Source of the DNA: Baekduia sp.
GTDB lineage: Bacteria; Actinomycetota; Thermoleophilia; Solirubrobacterales; Solirubrobacteraceae
Reading direction: 5' to 3'
DNA length: 64,000 nucleotides
Assembly (NCBI GenBank): GCA_037045385.1
Contig: JBAOHN010000008.1
Location: 754,481 to 818,480 of the forward strand
The translations under genes and the position numbers were made by a program. Position 1 is the first letter of the stretch, and each line of letters starts with the position of its first letter. Positions 38,154 to 47,818 of the stretch are shown piece after piece. The notes beneath the pieces are model-generated. The model searched no databases. It was given only the letters and a program-made list of their open reading frames with translations, and was not told the DNA's origin.

Positions 38154-39791
38154 CGCGTCGTCCGCATCGTCGGCGTCATCCGCCGGCGGCGCCGGCGGGT
38201 CGCTGACCGTGATCGTGCGAGTCGTCGTGGTCGACTGGCCCGACAGGTCGGAGCTCGTGACGCGAACCGTGTAGGTGCCGCCGGCGGCGTACGTGTGCCC
38301 GACCGAGGAGCCGGTCGCCTCCGAGCCGTCGCCGAACGACCAGTTCGTGGTCTCGACACCCGACCAGAGGTCGAACGGGGAGACAGAGAACGACACACGC
38401 TCCCCGGCGACCGCCGTCTGCGGCACCGACACCGCGCTGAGCGTCGGACCGAACGCATCACCGACTACGACCGCGATTGTGGTGTCGGTTGTGGCCCAGG
38501 CGGCAAAGGCGTTGCCGCGACGATCGGTTGCTATCGCCGGGATACCCGGCACCGGACCGGTCGCGATCGGGTTGGCCGAGGACAGCACCTCACCGGAGCC
38601 GAAGTCGCCGCCGCTCGGGCGGTGGAGCCCGACCAGCGCAGGAACGCCGCCGTCGATCCCGAAGACGACCGCGGTGATGTTGCCCGACCCGTCTGCGGTC
38701 AGTGTCGCGGCGCCGCCGTTCGGGCCGATGAGATCCTCGGTCGGCGACCACTGACCGGTCGCGGTGTCGAAGGTCGTCATCAGCGCGCGCGGGAGCAGCA
38801 AGTCGTCGGAGAAGTCGAACTCCTGCCAGAGCGCGACGAACTGCCCGTCGTGGTCGGCGGCGATCCGCGTCAGCACCGCATTCGGCCCGGCTACGAACTT
38901 CGAGCCGCCGTCGGTCCAGACTCCGGAGCTGCCGTCGAGGCTGGCGACGTGGACGTCGGTCGCGGTCCCTGAGGACCAGACCATCGCCGCGTCGCCGTCG
39001 TCGTTGAACGCGAGCGCCGGGTCCTGCGTGCCGTTGCCGTCGGTCGTGGCGATCGTCGCGATCGGCGACCAGTCGCCGTTGCCCGCGTCGTAGGTCGCGC
39101 CCTGCATCTCCGGGGTCCCGGAGTACGGGTTCTTCCACCACGTGGCGACGGCGTCGCCGTGCGAGTTGTAGGCCAGCCGGGGGTTCGCGTAGCCGGCGTC
39201 GTCCGGCAGGTCGATCTCGCCCGTGACCGAGAAGTCGTCGCTGCCCGCGGGGCGCGTGCGGATGCGCAGCCGCTTGTCGCCGCTCAGGTTGCTGAGGTTC
39301 ACGCCGGCCATTGCCGAGCCTGGCCCGGCGACCGTGTAGCCGCCTTCGAAGCTCTCGCCGCTGTCGGCGAAGGAGGCCGCGGTGCTCCACTGCGACGAGC
39401 CCGGCTGACGAGTGCTCGCGTAGACGACCGAGAAGTCGCTGTTGCCGAACGCGACGCTCGCGGAGCCGTCTGCGGCGGTCGCGAGCTGGTACGAGCCGTA
39501 GCCGGAGATGTCGATGCCGGCCGGGGAGATGTAGCTGACCGGCGTCCAGGCGCCGGCGGCGATCCGCGTGCGCTGCGCGAGCCGCAGGTGGCTGCCGTCG
39601 CTCTGCGCCCAGATCACCGAGACGGTTCCGTCGTCGGCGGCGGAGATCTTTGGCCAGCCGGTGGCGGCTGCCGGCGAGGAGATCGGCTCAGGCGTGCCCC
39701 ACGAAGGCGCTGCGGCGCCTGCACTCGGTATCGGCGCGGTGCAGGCGGCAGCGGTGAGCAGAGCAGCGAGGAACGGACGGCGCGAGGTCAT
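37860..39791 (-). CDS. array paralog P3
   Basis: Signal peptide MTSRRPFLAALLTAAACTAPIPSAGA, PKD WSFGDGSEATGSSVGHTYAAGGTYTVRVTSSD, conserved tail. The stop lies 4 nt from the P2 start. Confidence 0.85.
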   Translation of the reverse strand: MTSRRPFLAALLTAAACTAPIPSAGAAAPSWGTPEPISSPAAATGWPKISAADDGTVSVIWAQSDGSHLRLAQRTRIAAGAWTPVSYISPAGIDISGYGSYQLATAADGSASVAFGNSDFSVVYASTRQPGSSQWSTAASFADSGESFEGGYTVAGPGSAMAGVNLSNLSGDKRLRIRTRPAGSDDFSVTGEIDLPDDAGYANPRLAYNSHGDAVATWWKNPYSGTPEMQGATYDAGNGDWSPIATIATTDGNGTQDPALAFNDDGDAAMVWSSGTATDVHVASLDGSSGVWTDGGSKFVAGPNAVLTRIAADHDGQFVALWQEFDFSDDLLLPRALMTTFDTATGQWSPTEDLIGPNGGAATLTADGSGNITAVVFGIDGGVPALVGLHRPSGGDFGSGEVLSSANPIATGPVPGIPAIATDRRGNAFAAWATTDTTIAVVVGDAFGPTLSAVSVPQTAVAGERVSFSVSPFDLWSGVETTNWSFGDGSEATGSSVGHTYAAGGTYTVRVTSSDLSGQSTTTTRTITVSDPPAPPADDADDADDAPPVVIPPVIEARLSGRTITLNAKLTLKKGKRCSGTVRATTAFGGRSYKTTLRLASKNGACRATGTIKLKKTPSLRSKLRVTISGSQAKSRTLTTRRG

Positions 39792-39862
39792 CGTCCTCCA
39801 GTGATCGGCCGCCGGTCGCCGCCCCTTCAGGCGACGCTGGACGACTTTGGACGCGGCTGCGG

Positions 39863-40156
39863 TCAGCCGCGGCGGGTCGTCAGCGTGCGGCTCTTGGTCT
39901 GGCTGCCGCTGACGGTGACGCGCAGCTTGGTGCGCAGCGACGGTGTCTTCTTGAGCTTGATCGTGCCGGTTGCGCGGCAGGCGCCGTTCTTGGTCGCGAG
40001 GCGAAGCGTGGTCTTGTACGAGCGGCCGCCGAACGCGGTCGTTGCGCGCACGGTGCCGCTGCAGCGCTTGCCCTTCTTGAGCGACAGCTTGGCGTTGAGG
40101 GTGACCGTGCGGCCGGCGAGCCGCGCCTCGATCAGCGGCGGGTTCACGACCGGTGG
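39863..40156 (-). repeat. conserved 3' module, copy in P4
   Basis: The 45-nt identical string is at 39947-39991. Confidence 0.85.
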
Positions 40157-41740
40157 AGCGTCGTCGTCCGAGTCATCGTCCGGCGGCGCCGGCGGGTCGC
40201 TGACCACGATCGTCGCCGACCGTGACGCGCTGTTGCCGGACTCGTCGGTCGCCGTGACGGTGACGTCGTATGTCCCGGCGGCGAACGTGTGCGACGCGGA
40301 TGCGCCGCCGGCCGACCGGCCGTCGCCAAAGTCCCAGTCGTAGCTGATGTCGCTCCAGACATCCGATGCGGACGCGTGCATGGTCACCGGAACGCCACTG
40401 ACAGCGCTCGCCGGCACCGACACCCCGGAGAGGCTCGGTGCCGAGCCATCGAGCGCGGCGACGTTGACGCGTTCGCCGGACCCGTCGACCCACGTGACAA
40501 GGCCGTTGCCGAGCCCGTCGAGGTCGCCGCGGACGAGGCCGTAGTTGTAGTTGAAGCTGAACTCGTCGACCGCGAGGCCGGAGTCCCACGCCGAGGCGCC
40601 GTGCGCGAGCAGTGCGCCTCCGACGCCGGGGAGCTGCGCGCCGTCATTCGCGCCGAGCATGGAGACGAAGGCGTCGCCAGCCGCGTTGGTGTGCACGGAC
40701 GGCATCCCGCCGAGGTTCGGCGTCATGTTGACCTCAGGTCCCCAGCCCCCGGCTCCGGGCTCGAAGGAGCGCCGGATCGCGGTCGCGCTGTACATCGAGG
40801 TCATCCGCTGGTAGGTCGCGACGAACCGGCCGCCGGGAAGGGCGCCGACGCTGGCAAGCAGCTCTGGGCCGGTGCCGATCTGATCCGCGGCGCTCCAGTC
40901 GCTCGACCCGGCGGGCAGATACGCCGCCGTCGCGATGTCATCGCCGATCCAGACCGCCGTCGCGCTGCCGTCGGACGCGATGTCGACGCCCTGATGAAAG
41001 GCGTTGCCGGTCATCGTGGTGATGTCGTCCGCCTGCTCCCACGAACCGGCCTCCGCGCCGAAGCGGGCGGCGCGGAGTGCCTTCTGACCACCCACGTTCG
41101 CGATCCAGAAGGCGACGCCGGAGCCGTTTCGGTTGACAGCCGCCGCAACGCTGTTCAGCCCGGTGGCGTCGCTCTGGGCGAGCTCGGTGACCGGGCCCCA
41201 ACCGGTGCCGTCCGCGTCACGCACGCTGAGCCGCACCGTGTACGAGCCGGCGTCGTCGTTCGTCCAGACGGCCACCATCCGGCCGCCGGGGAGCGGAGCG
41301 AGCGACGGCCCGGTGTCGTTGCCGACACCGGGCTCGACCGGCGTGGGGGTGCTCCACACGCCGCTGCTCTTGGTCTTCGTGGCGGTCCACAGCTCGGAGG
41401 AGCCGGACCAGGCGACCGTGACGTTGCCGTGATCGTCGACCTCGGTCACGTACTCCTGGTTGAGGCTCGCAGCCGGGCCCGCGACCTCGGTGGTTGCCGA
41501 CCAGGTTCCGCTCGAGCTACGCGAGTCGTTGACGAGGGCTAGATCGTTGCCACGCTGCTCGAAGCGCAGCACGTCGACGGCGCCGTCGGGGCCGCCGGCG
41601 ACCTCGGGGAAGCCGGTCACGCCGCCCGCAGCTTCGAACGAGTGCGGCTCGGTCCAACCGGCGGCGCCCGCGACCGGGGCGGCGGCCGCGCAGGCGGCAG
41701 CGGTGAGCAGAGCAGCGAGGAACGGACGGCGCGAGGTCAT
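39863..41740 (-). CDS. array paralog P4
   Basis: Signal peptide MTSRRPFLAALLTAAACAAAAPVAGA (first 17 codons plus RBS identical to P3), PKD WDFGDGRSAGGASASHTFAAGTYDVTVTATD, conserved tail. Confidence 0.85.
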   Translation of the reverse strand: MTSRRPFLAALLTAAACAAAAPVAGAAGWTEPHSFEAAGGVTGFPEVAGGPDGAVDVLRFEQRGNDLALVNDSRSSSGTWSATTEVAGPAASLNQEYVTEVDDHGNVTVAWSGSSELWTATKTKSSGVWSTPTPVEPGVGNDTGPSLAPLPGGRMVAVWTNDDAGSYTVRLSVRDADGTGWGPVTELAQSDATGLNSVAAAVNRNGSGVAFWIANVGGQKALRAARFGAEAGSWEQADDITTMTGNAFHQGVDIASDGSATAVWIGDDIATAAYLPAGSSDWSAADQIGTGPELLASVGALPGGRFVATYQRMTSMYSATAIRRSFEPGAGGWGPEVNMTPNLGGMPSVHTNAAGDAFVSMLGANDGAQLPGVGGALLAHGASAWDSGLAVDEFSFNYNYGLVRGDLDGLGNGLVTWVDGSGERVNVAALDGSAPSLSGVSVPASAVSGVPVTMHASASDVWSDISYDWDFGDGRSAGGASASHTFAAGTYDVTVTATDESGNSASRSATIVVSDPPAPPDDDSDDDAPPVVNPPLIEARLAGRTVTLNAKLSLKKGKRCSGTVRATTAFGGRSYKTTLRLATKNGACRATGTIKLKKTPSLRTKLRVTVSGSQTKSRTLTTRRG

Positions 41741-41811
41741 CGTCCTCCTGTGATCGGCGGCGGGCGCCAGCGTCCAGAGGTGCTGGTGGACGACGTTGGA
41801 CGCGCTTCCGG

Positions 41812-42105
41812 TCAGCCACGGCGGGTCGTCAGCGTGCGGCTCTTGGCCTGGGCGCCGCTGACGGTGACGCGCAGCTTGGTGCGCAGCGACGGTGTCTTCT
41901 TGAGCTTGATCGTGCCGGTTGCGCGGCAGGCACCGTTCTTGGTCGCGAGCCGGAGCGTGGTCTTGTACGTGCGCCCGCCAAAGGCGGTCGTCGCGCGCAC
42001 GGTCCCGCTGCAGCGCTTGCCCTTCTTGAGCGTGAGCTTGGCGTTGAGGGTGATCGTGCGGCCGGAGAGGCGGGCCTCGATCACCGGCGGAATCACGACC
42101 GGCGG
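41812..42105 (-). repeat. conserved 3' module, copy in P5
   Basis: Same module with a few substitutions (for example GGCAGGCACCG). Confidence 0.8.
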
Positions 42106-43719
42106 CTTCGGGTCGTCCGAGTCGTCGGCGTTGTCGTCGCGGGCCGGCGGAGCGGGCGGGGCGCTGACGACGAGCTGCCGGGTCTGCGTGGCCGAGTGCC
42201 CGACGGCGTCGGTTGCGGTTACGCGCACCGAGTAGGTGCCGGCGGCGCTGTAGGCGTGTGAAGCAGATTCCCCGGTCTTGCGAGCGCCGTCGCCGAAGTC
42301 CCAGGAGACCGAGTCGACGTCGGACAGGACGTCGAACGCCGACGCGCTGACCGGTACCTGCTCACCGACCGTTGCGGTGGCAGGCACCTCGACATCCGAG
42401 ATCGCCGGAGGCGCGCCGTCGCCGGTCGCGATGACGAGCGTGCCGTCGGCCCGCTCCCAGGCCATCGCGACATCGCCGTGCGCGTCCGCGCCGATGCCGG
42501 CTCCGTCGAGCAGGCTGATCGTCTCGCCGGCGAACTCGGTGTCGTCGGCCCAGCTCGTCCCGAGCGGCTCGCGCACCGTCGTGCCGACGTGGATGTCCAT
42601 GAAGCTCGACCCCGAGAACTGGGCGCCGAAGATCGAGCCGTCCGGGCGCTGCGCAAACGAGGGCACGACCGTCATCCCGTTCCCGTCACCGAAGGCCGCG
42701 GGCGCTGCGAACGCGCTGTCGTCCCGGCCGATCGACGTGTGGCCCGAGCCGTAGGACATGCCGTCGGTCGAGATCCAGGTCACGATCAGCGAGTCGCTTG
42801 CGTCGAACCCGAGCCAGCCGCTGACCGACTGCGCCTCGGGTGCCTGTTCGGCCGCCGTCCACGTGCCGTTCAGCCGGCGCGCGAACGTGGCCTTCGAGAC
42901 CCAGTTCGGCGAAGAGCCGGTCTGCTGGATCCAAATCGCGCCGAGCTGGTCACCGGCCGCGTTGACGGCGAACTTGAGGCCGTAGCCGCTGTCGGGCGCT
43001 CCGACCGTGAGATCGGTCGGGGGGCCCCAGCTCTGCGACCCGGCGGCGCGCTCGGCGACGATCTGCCGCTGCGAGCCGCCGCTCTGCTCGCGCCAGCCCG
43101 CGGTCAGCGAGCCGTCCGGGAGCGCGACGATCGCCGGGTCGTAGCCGGGCGCCGAGTTGACCGGCTCTGGCGGCCCCCACTCGCTGCTCCCCGGCGCGAG
43201 CGCGCGCAGATAGACCCGATCGCCGTTGTAGATCGCGTACGTGGTGCCGTCCGGGGCGGTGGTGAAGTTCGTCCCCCCGGAAGCGACGTTCGGGTCCGAC
43301 AGCGTCTCCTGCGGCCCCCACGTTCCACTGTCGCGGTCGAGCCGGCGGACGGTCGCCTTCCAGGTCGAGCCGTCGTTGACGGTCAGGCCGAGAAGGAGGT
43401 CACCGTCTGCCGTGGTGGCGGCGTTCACGCCGGTCGGGGTTTCGCCGTTCTCGCTGATGAACTGGGTCGGTCCCCAATCGCCTCCGGCACGCCGGAACCG
43501 CGCCTTGAGGCGTTGCTGCCCACCGTTGCTGATCGCCCAGCCGGCGAACAGGTCGCCGGACGGCGTCATGTAGCCGATGATCCCCTGGCCGTCGGCCTCG
43601 CCGGGAGCTGTGACTGCGACCGGCGTCTGCCAGGTCGGCATCGGCAGGTCTGCGGCAGCGGGCGCCGCGCAGGCGACCGTCGCGGCGATCGTGGCAATTG
43701 CAGTCGGGTGAACGCGCAT
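41812..43719 (-). CDS. array paralog P5
   Basis: ATG at 43719 (MRVHPTAIATIAATVACAAPAAA) is preceded by CCGATCAC as in P3/P4. The alternative GTG at 43764 overlaps the P6 stop. PKD WDFGDGARKTGESASHAYSAAGTYSVRVTATD, conserved tail. Confidence 0.8.
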   Translation of the reverse strand: MRVHPTAIATIAATVACAAPAAADLPMPTWQTPVAVTAPGEADGQGIIGYMTPSGDLFAGWAISNGGQQRLKARFRRAGGDWGPTQFISENGETPTGVNAATTADGDLLLGLTVNDGSTWKATVRRLDRDSGTWGPQETLSDPNVASGGTNFTTAPDGTTYAIYNGDRVYLRALAPGSSEWGPPEPVNSAPGYDPAIVALPDGSLTAGWREQSGGSQRQIVAERAAGSQSWGPPTDLTVGAPDSGYGLKFAVNAAGDQLGAIWIQQTGSSPNWVSKATFARRLNGTWTAAEQAPEAQSVSGWLGFDASDSLIVTWISTDGMSYGSGHTSIGRDDSAFAAPAAFGDGNGMTVVPSFAQRPDGSIFGAQFSGSSFMDIHVGTTVREPLGTSWADDTEFAGETISLLDGAGIGADAHGDVAMAWERADGTLVIATGDGAPPAISDVEVPATATVGEQVPVSASAFDVLSDVDSVSWDFGDGARKTGESASHAYSAAGTYSVRVTATDAVGHSATQTRQLVVSAPPAPPARDDNADDSDDPKPPVVIPPVIEARLSGRTITLNAKLTLKKGKRCSGTVRATTAFGGRTYKTTLRLATKNGACRATGTIKLKKTPSLRTKLRVTVSGAQAKSRTLTTRRG

Positions 43720-43760
43720 CGGTTCTGTGATCGGCGGGGCGCGCGCGATCTTGCGGCGCG

Positions 43761-44054
43761 TCACCCGCGCCGCGTCGTCAGCGTGCGGCTCTTGGCCTGG
43801 CCGCCGCTGACGGTCACGCGCAGCTTGGTGCGCAGCGAGGGGGTCTTCTTGAGCTTGATCGTGCCGGTCGCGCGGCAGGCTCCGTTCTTCGTCGCGAGCC
43901 GGAGTGTCGTCCTGTACGTGCGCCCGCCGAACGCGGTCGTCGCGCGCACGGTGCCGCTGCAGCGCTTGCCCTTCCTCAGCGTCAGCTTTGCGTTCAGCGT
44001 CACGGTGCGACCGGCGAGCCGCGCTTCGATCAGTGGCGCCGTGACGACCGGCGG
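43761..44054 (-). repeat. conserved 3' module, copy in P6
   Basis: Same module, slightly more diverged. Confidence 0.8.
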
Positions 44055-45728
44055 GCGCACCTCAGGCGGAGGGCTGGGCGGGTCGGTGACGACGATCTCT
44101 CGCGTTGTTCGCGCGGCGTTCCCGAACAGGTCGGCCGAGGTCGCCGTGACGGTGTAGGTAGCGGCCCGTGTGTACGCGTGCGTGACGCTCGCCCCGGTTG
44201 CCGCCGCTCCATCACCGAAGTTCCAGCCGGTCGTCAGCGACGGTGCGAACGTGTCGACCGCGTCGGCCGTCATCGGCACCGGTTCACCGGTCGTCGCCGA
44301 TTCCGGCACGGTCACCGACCGCTGCTCTGGTGCGGTCGCGTCACCGACGACGACCTCGAGGTGGCGGTTCGTTCCGGCATCGGCGCGGGCCCAGGCGATC
44401 GCCGGGTTGCCAGCGTTGTCCAAGGCCAGGGACGGCGGCGCCGCGGCCATCGACAGGACGCCGCCGTAGCCGGGGTCGGCCTCGGTGAAGTCGTCCGACC
44501 CGTCCGGGCGGAAGACCAGGTCGCCGGCGACGCCGGTCACGGCGAAGTCGGTCTGGACACGCGAGAAGTTGACGCCGCCGGGATCTGCCGCCATGAACGA
44601 GATCGCGATGTCGTAGTTGTCGTTGACAGTGAGTGCCGGTCCGCCGGAGAAGCGGGTTCCGGCGTCCAGCGTCTCGAGCGGTGACCACTGGCCGGTCTCT
44701 GCGTCACGGGTCCGCATCCGTGCGCGGCTGGTCGGGTACATGACGTTCGGGTCGGCGTCGAACGTGAGCGTCTGCATCACGAGGACGACGTCGCCGTCAC
44801 GATCGCTGGCGACCTGGCTTAGGATCGCGTTCCAGCCCGGTGCGGTCGCGATCACGGTGCTCCAGGCGGCGCCGGGATCGGCGTCGACCGAGGTCGCCTG
44901 CGGCGTGAAGTCGGTGCCGCGGGTCCAGGCGGCGGTCGCGGCGCCGTCCGGCGTCGTCGCCACCGACAGGAACTCAGGGCCGGCGCCGTCGGTGTCGAGC
45001 GTCGCCGGAGCGCCCCATGTGCCGTGCTCGCCGTCGTAGCGCGCCGCCATCACCGCGTGGTCCGAGGTGCCGTCGAGGTTCTTGCCCCAGACGACCGTCG
45101 CGTCGCCGGCGGCGTTGGTCGACAGTGCGACCTGGCCCGGATGGTCGTTGCCGGGATCGACGTCGGTCGGGGCGCCCCAGGTCGCCGCGTTCGCGTCGCG
45201 GATCCGTACGCGGATGCAGTCGCCACCGTGGTAGCTGCTGTAGGCGAGCATCACTCGGCCGCCGCTGAGCGCCTTCACATCGGCGCCGTGGACGCCCTCG
45301 CCGCTCACGACCTCGGCCGCCTCGGACCATGTCCCGCTGCCGGCAAGCCGGGTACGGGCCTTGATCGCCTCGCTGCCGCTGACCCTCCAGACGACCGTGA
45401 GGTTGCCTGCGTCGTCATAGGTGAGCCAACGACCCCGCGTGTAGACCGACTCGCCCGCAGGCGATACCGGATTGGGTGCCGTCCACTCGCCGCTCGGTGT
45501 CCGCTCGGTGAGGTAGAGCCGATCGCCGGTGCCGTCCGACTGGGTGTATGCGATGACGCGCTGATCGCCGCGCGCGGCGATCAGCGGTTGGTCGAGCGTA
45601 GAGTCGCTCGGGGAAAGCGCGATCGATGGGTTGAACCCGACCGCCTGTGCTGAGATCGGCAACCCGGCGAGCATCGTCGCCACGGCGACGGCGCACGAAC
45701 GGAACAGGGGTAGCCGACGAGGTCGCAT
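43761..45728 (-). CDS. array paralog P6
   Basis: ATG at 45728 with SD-like GGTGAGG that overlaps the P7 stop (the track start is GTG 45740). PKD WNFGDGAAATGASVTHAYTRAATYTVTATSAD, conserved tail. Confidence 0.8.
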   Translation of the reverse strand: MRPRRLPLFRSCAVAVATMLAGLPISAQAVGFNPSIALSPSDSTLDQPLIAARGDQRVIAYTQSDGTGDRLYLTERTPSGEWTAPNPVSPAGESVYTRGRWLTYDDAGNLTVVWRVSGSEAIKARTRLAGSGTWSEAAEVVSGEGVHGADVKALSGGRVMLAYSSYHGGDCIRVRIRDANAATWGAPTDVDPGNDHPGQVALSTNAAGDATVVWGKNLDGTSDHAVMAARYDGEHGTWGAPATLDTDGAGPEFLSVATTPDGAATAAWTRGTDFTPQATSVDADPGAAWSTVIATAPGWNAILSQVASDRDGDVVLVMQTLTFDADPNVMYPTSRARMRTRDAETGQWSPLETLDAGTRFSGGPALTVNDNYDIAISFMAADPGGVNFSRVQTDFAVTGVAGDLVFRPDGSDDFTEADPGYGGVLSMAAAPPSLALDNAGNPAIAWARADAGTNRHLEVVVGDATAPEQRSVTVPESATTGEPVPMTADAVDTFAPSLTTGWNFGDGAAATGASVTHAYTRAATYTVTATSADLFGNAARTTREIVVTDPPSPPPEVRPPVVTAPLIEARLAGRTVTLNAKLTLRKGKRCSGTVRATTAFGGRTYRTTLRLATKNGACRATGTIKLKKTPSLRTKLRVTVSGGQAKSRTLTTRRG

Positions 45729-45736
45729 GGTGCGCC

Positions 45737-46030
45737 TCACCCGCGCCGCGTCGTCAGCGTTCGGCTCTTGACCTGGCCGCCGCTGACGGTCACGCGGAGC
45801 TTGGTGCGCAGCGACGGGGTCTTCTTGAGCGTCGTCCGGCCGGTGGCGCGGCAGGCGCCGCCGGCGGTCGCGAGCTTGAGGTTCGTGCGGTAGCGCTTGC
45901 CGCCGAAGACGACCGTCGCGCTGACCTTGCCTGAGCAGACCTGACCGCGCTTCAGCGTCAGCTTGGCGTTGAACGTGATGATCCGGCCGGCGAGCCGCGC
46001 CTCGATCACCGGGGCGGCGATCGCCGGCGG
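45737..46030 (-). repeat. conserved 3' module, copy in P7 (most diverged of the array)
   Basis: ..VIEARLAGRIITFNAKLTLKRGQVCSGKVSATVVFGGKRYRTNLKLATAGGACRATG..TLTTRRG. Confidence 0.75.
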
Positions 46031-47767
46031 CTTGACGTCCTCGACCACCGTGTCCTCGTCGTCCGCGGCCGGAGCATCGGCCGGCGGCGCCGGCGGCGCC
46101 GGCGGCGGGTCGGCCGCTGCGTCGGTGACGGTCACCTGCCTCGTCGCCGAAGTCGAGTGCCCCTGGAGATCCGAAGCCGTGATCGTCACCGTGTAGGTGC
46201 CGGCCGCCCGGTAGGCGTGGGCGGTGCTGCTGCCGGTCTCAGCGCCGCTGCCGTCACCGAAGGTCCAGGTCACCGCCGCCACGCTCGAGAAGAGGTCGAA
46301 CGGGTCGACCGAGACATCAATCTGCTGACCGGTCTCGGCCGATGACGGGACGGCGATGCCGTCGAGCCGCGGCCCGCTCGCGTCGGACACCGCGAACGCA
46401 CTGTGGACGGCCGGGTCGCCCATCGTCCCGTGCGGGTACACGACGAGGCCGTCGAGGTCGTCGGTGAGCGTGCCGCTCGGCGTGCCGAACTGGACGTTGA
46501 CCGTGCTCGTCGTGATCAGCCCGCGATCGGACCACCCGGACGCGCCGCTCTCGCGGACCGCGAGCCCGGCCTTGAGCGTTGCGCCGTTGTCGTCGGAGCC
46601 GATGTAGGCGAGGCTGATGTCGCCGTGCGCGTTGCGCCACGGCATCGGCGCTCCGCCGAACGGGGTCACCGCCTGTGCGCTGTCCCAGGTGTTCGAGGCG
46701 CCGTTGTAGGCCCGTGCGGTGGGTGACGGGATGTAGTAGCCACCCTGGTCGTTGTACTGCTGGTAGGTGAGGACGACGTTGTCGTCGTTGTCGGGCGTCA
46801 GCGCCGGGATGATCACGGCCGCGCCCGATGCCGGCGTCAGCCGTTCCGGCGTGCTCCAGTTGACGGTGCCGGGTGCGGCGACGGTCGCGTAGACAGAGTT
46901 CTCGGCGGTCGGCTGGCCGGATTGGTTGATGTGGACGTCGCCGTCGCTCCAGACCACCACGAGGGCGCCTCCGGAGGAGATCGCGCCGGCGACCTTGTTG
47001 ACGCCGGCTGTCGCCGCCAGCGCCTCGGTCACACCGGAGCAGACACCGTCGCTGCCACAGCGTTTGGCGCGGACGCCCTGGTCGCCGCCTCCGGTCGAGT
47101 AGCTCCAGAACACTGCGAGCTCACCGCTGTCGTTCGAGGAGACCTGCGTGCTCCAGATGTTGAGCGCTCCCTCGTGGATCGTGTTTTCGACCGACCACGT
47201 CGCCGTCCCGGCGGCGCGCCGCGCGATGACGACGTCGTTGTCGCCGGACTCCTGGCGAATGAAGGCAAGGGCGCTCGAGCCGCCGGCGAGCGCCGTCGCC
47301 GTCCCGCCGTAGACGCCGTCGGTCTGCGGGACCATGTCGTTGAGGCTCCAGCTGTCCCACTCGGTCTCGCCGGACAGCAGCGTGTCGACCTCGGTCTCGT
47401 TCCCGGCGTTCCAGATCACCGAGAAGCTGCCGTCCCGGTTCGCCTGCACCTGCGCGTTGTCACCGACATCCTGGCCGGCGGGAGAGAGCCACTCCGCCGC
47501 GCCCCAGGTTCCGTTCGCGTCGCGAACACGGACGCGGAGGCGCCGGTTCGAGCCGTCGATCTGGAACCAGCCGGCGAGGATCCGGTCGTCGGTTCCGAGC
47601 ACGGCGATGCCCTGTCCCGCGACCTCGCCGGCGGTCGACAGCTGCTGTGTTGCGGTCCACGACGGCGGGGCAGCGGTTGCGGCCGCGGGAGCGGTCGCGA
47701 TCACGGCAGCGGTCAGAAGTAGGGCACGGGCGATCGACACGGGGCTCATCGCCTGATCCATCGGCAT
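45737..47767 (-). CDS. array paralog P7
   Basis: Signal peptide ..MSPVSIARALLLTAAVIATAPAAATA (start could be 47767, 47761 or 47749), PKD WTFGDGSGAETGSSTAHAYRAAGTYTVTITASD, longest acidic/Pro linker, conserved tail. Confidence 0.8.
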   Translation of the reverse strand: MPMDQAMSPVSIARALLLTAAVIATAPAAATAAPPSWTATQQLSTAGEVAGQGIAVLGTDDRILAGWFQIDGSNRRLRVRVRDANGTWGAAEWLSPAGQDVGDNAQVQANRDGSFSVIWNAGNETEVDTLLSGETEWDSWSLNDMVPQTDGVYGGTATALAGGSSALAFIRQESGDNDVVIARRAAGTATWSVENTIHEGALNIWSTQVSSNDSGELAVFWSYSTGGGDQGVRAKRCGSDGVCSGVTEALAATAGVNKVAGAISSGGALVVVWSDGDVHINQSGQPTAENSVYATVAAPGTVNWSTPERLTPASGAAVIIPALTPDNDDNVVLTYQQYNDQGGYYIPSPTARAYNGASNTWDSAQAVTPFGGAPMPWRNAHGDISLAYIGSDDNGATLKAGLAVRESGASGWSDRGLITTSTVNVQFGTPSGTLTDDLDGLVVYPHGTMGDPAVHSAFAVSDASGPRLDGIAVPSSAETGQQIDVSVDPFDLFSSVAAVTWTFGDGSGAETGSSTAHAYRAAGTYTVTITASDLQGHSTSATRQVTVTDAAADPPPAPPAPPADAPAADDEDTVVEDVKPPAIAAPVIEARLAGRIITFNAKLTLKRGQVCSGKVSATVVFGGKRYRTNLKLATAGGACRATGRTTLKKTPSLRTKLRVTVSGGQVKSRTLTTRRG

Positions 47768-47818
47768 TCGGCCGCGCCCGGTCGAGCGATCTGGACGATC
47801 GGCCGGTTCGGCCTCCTG

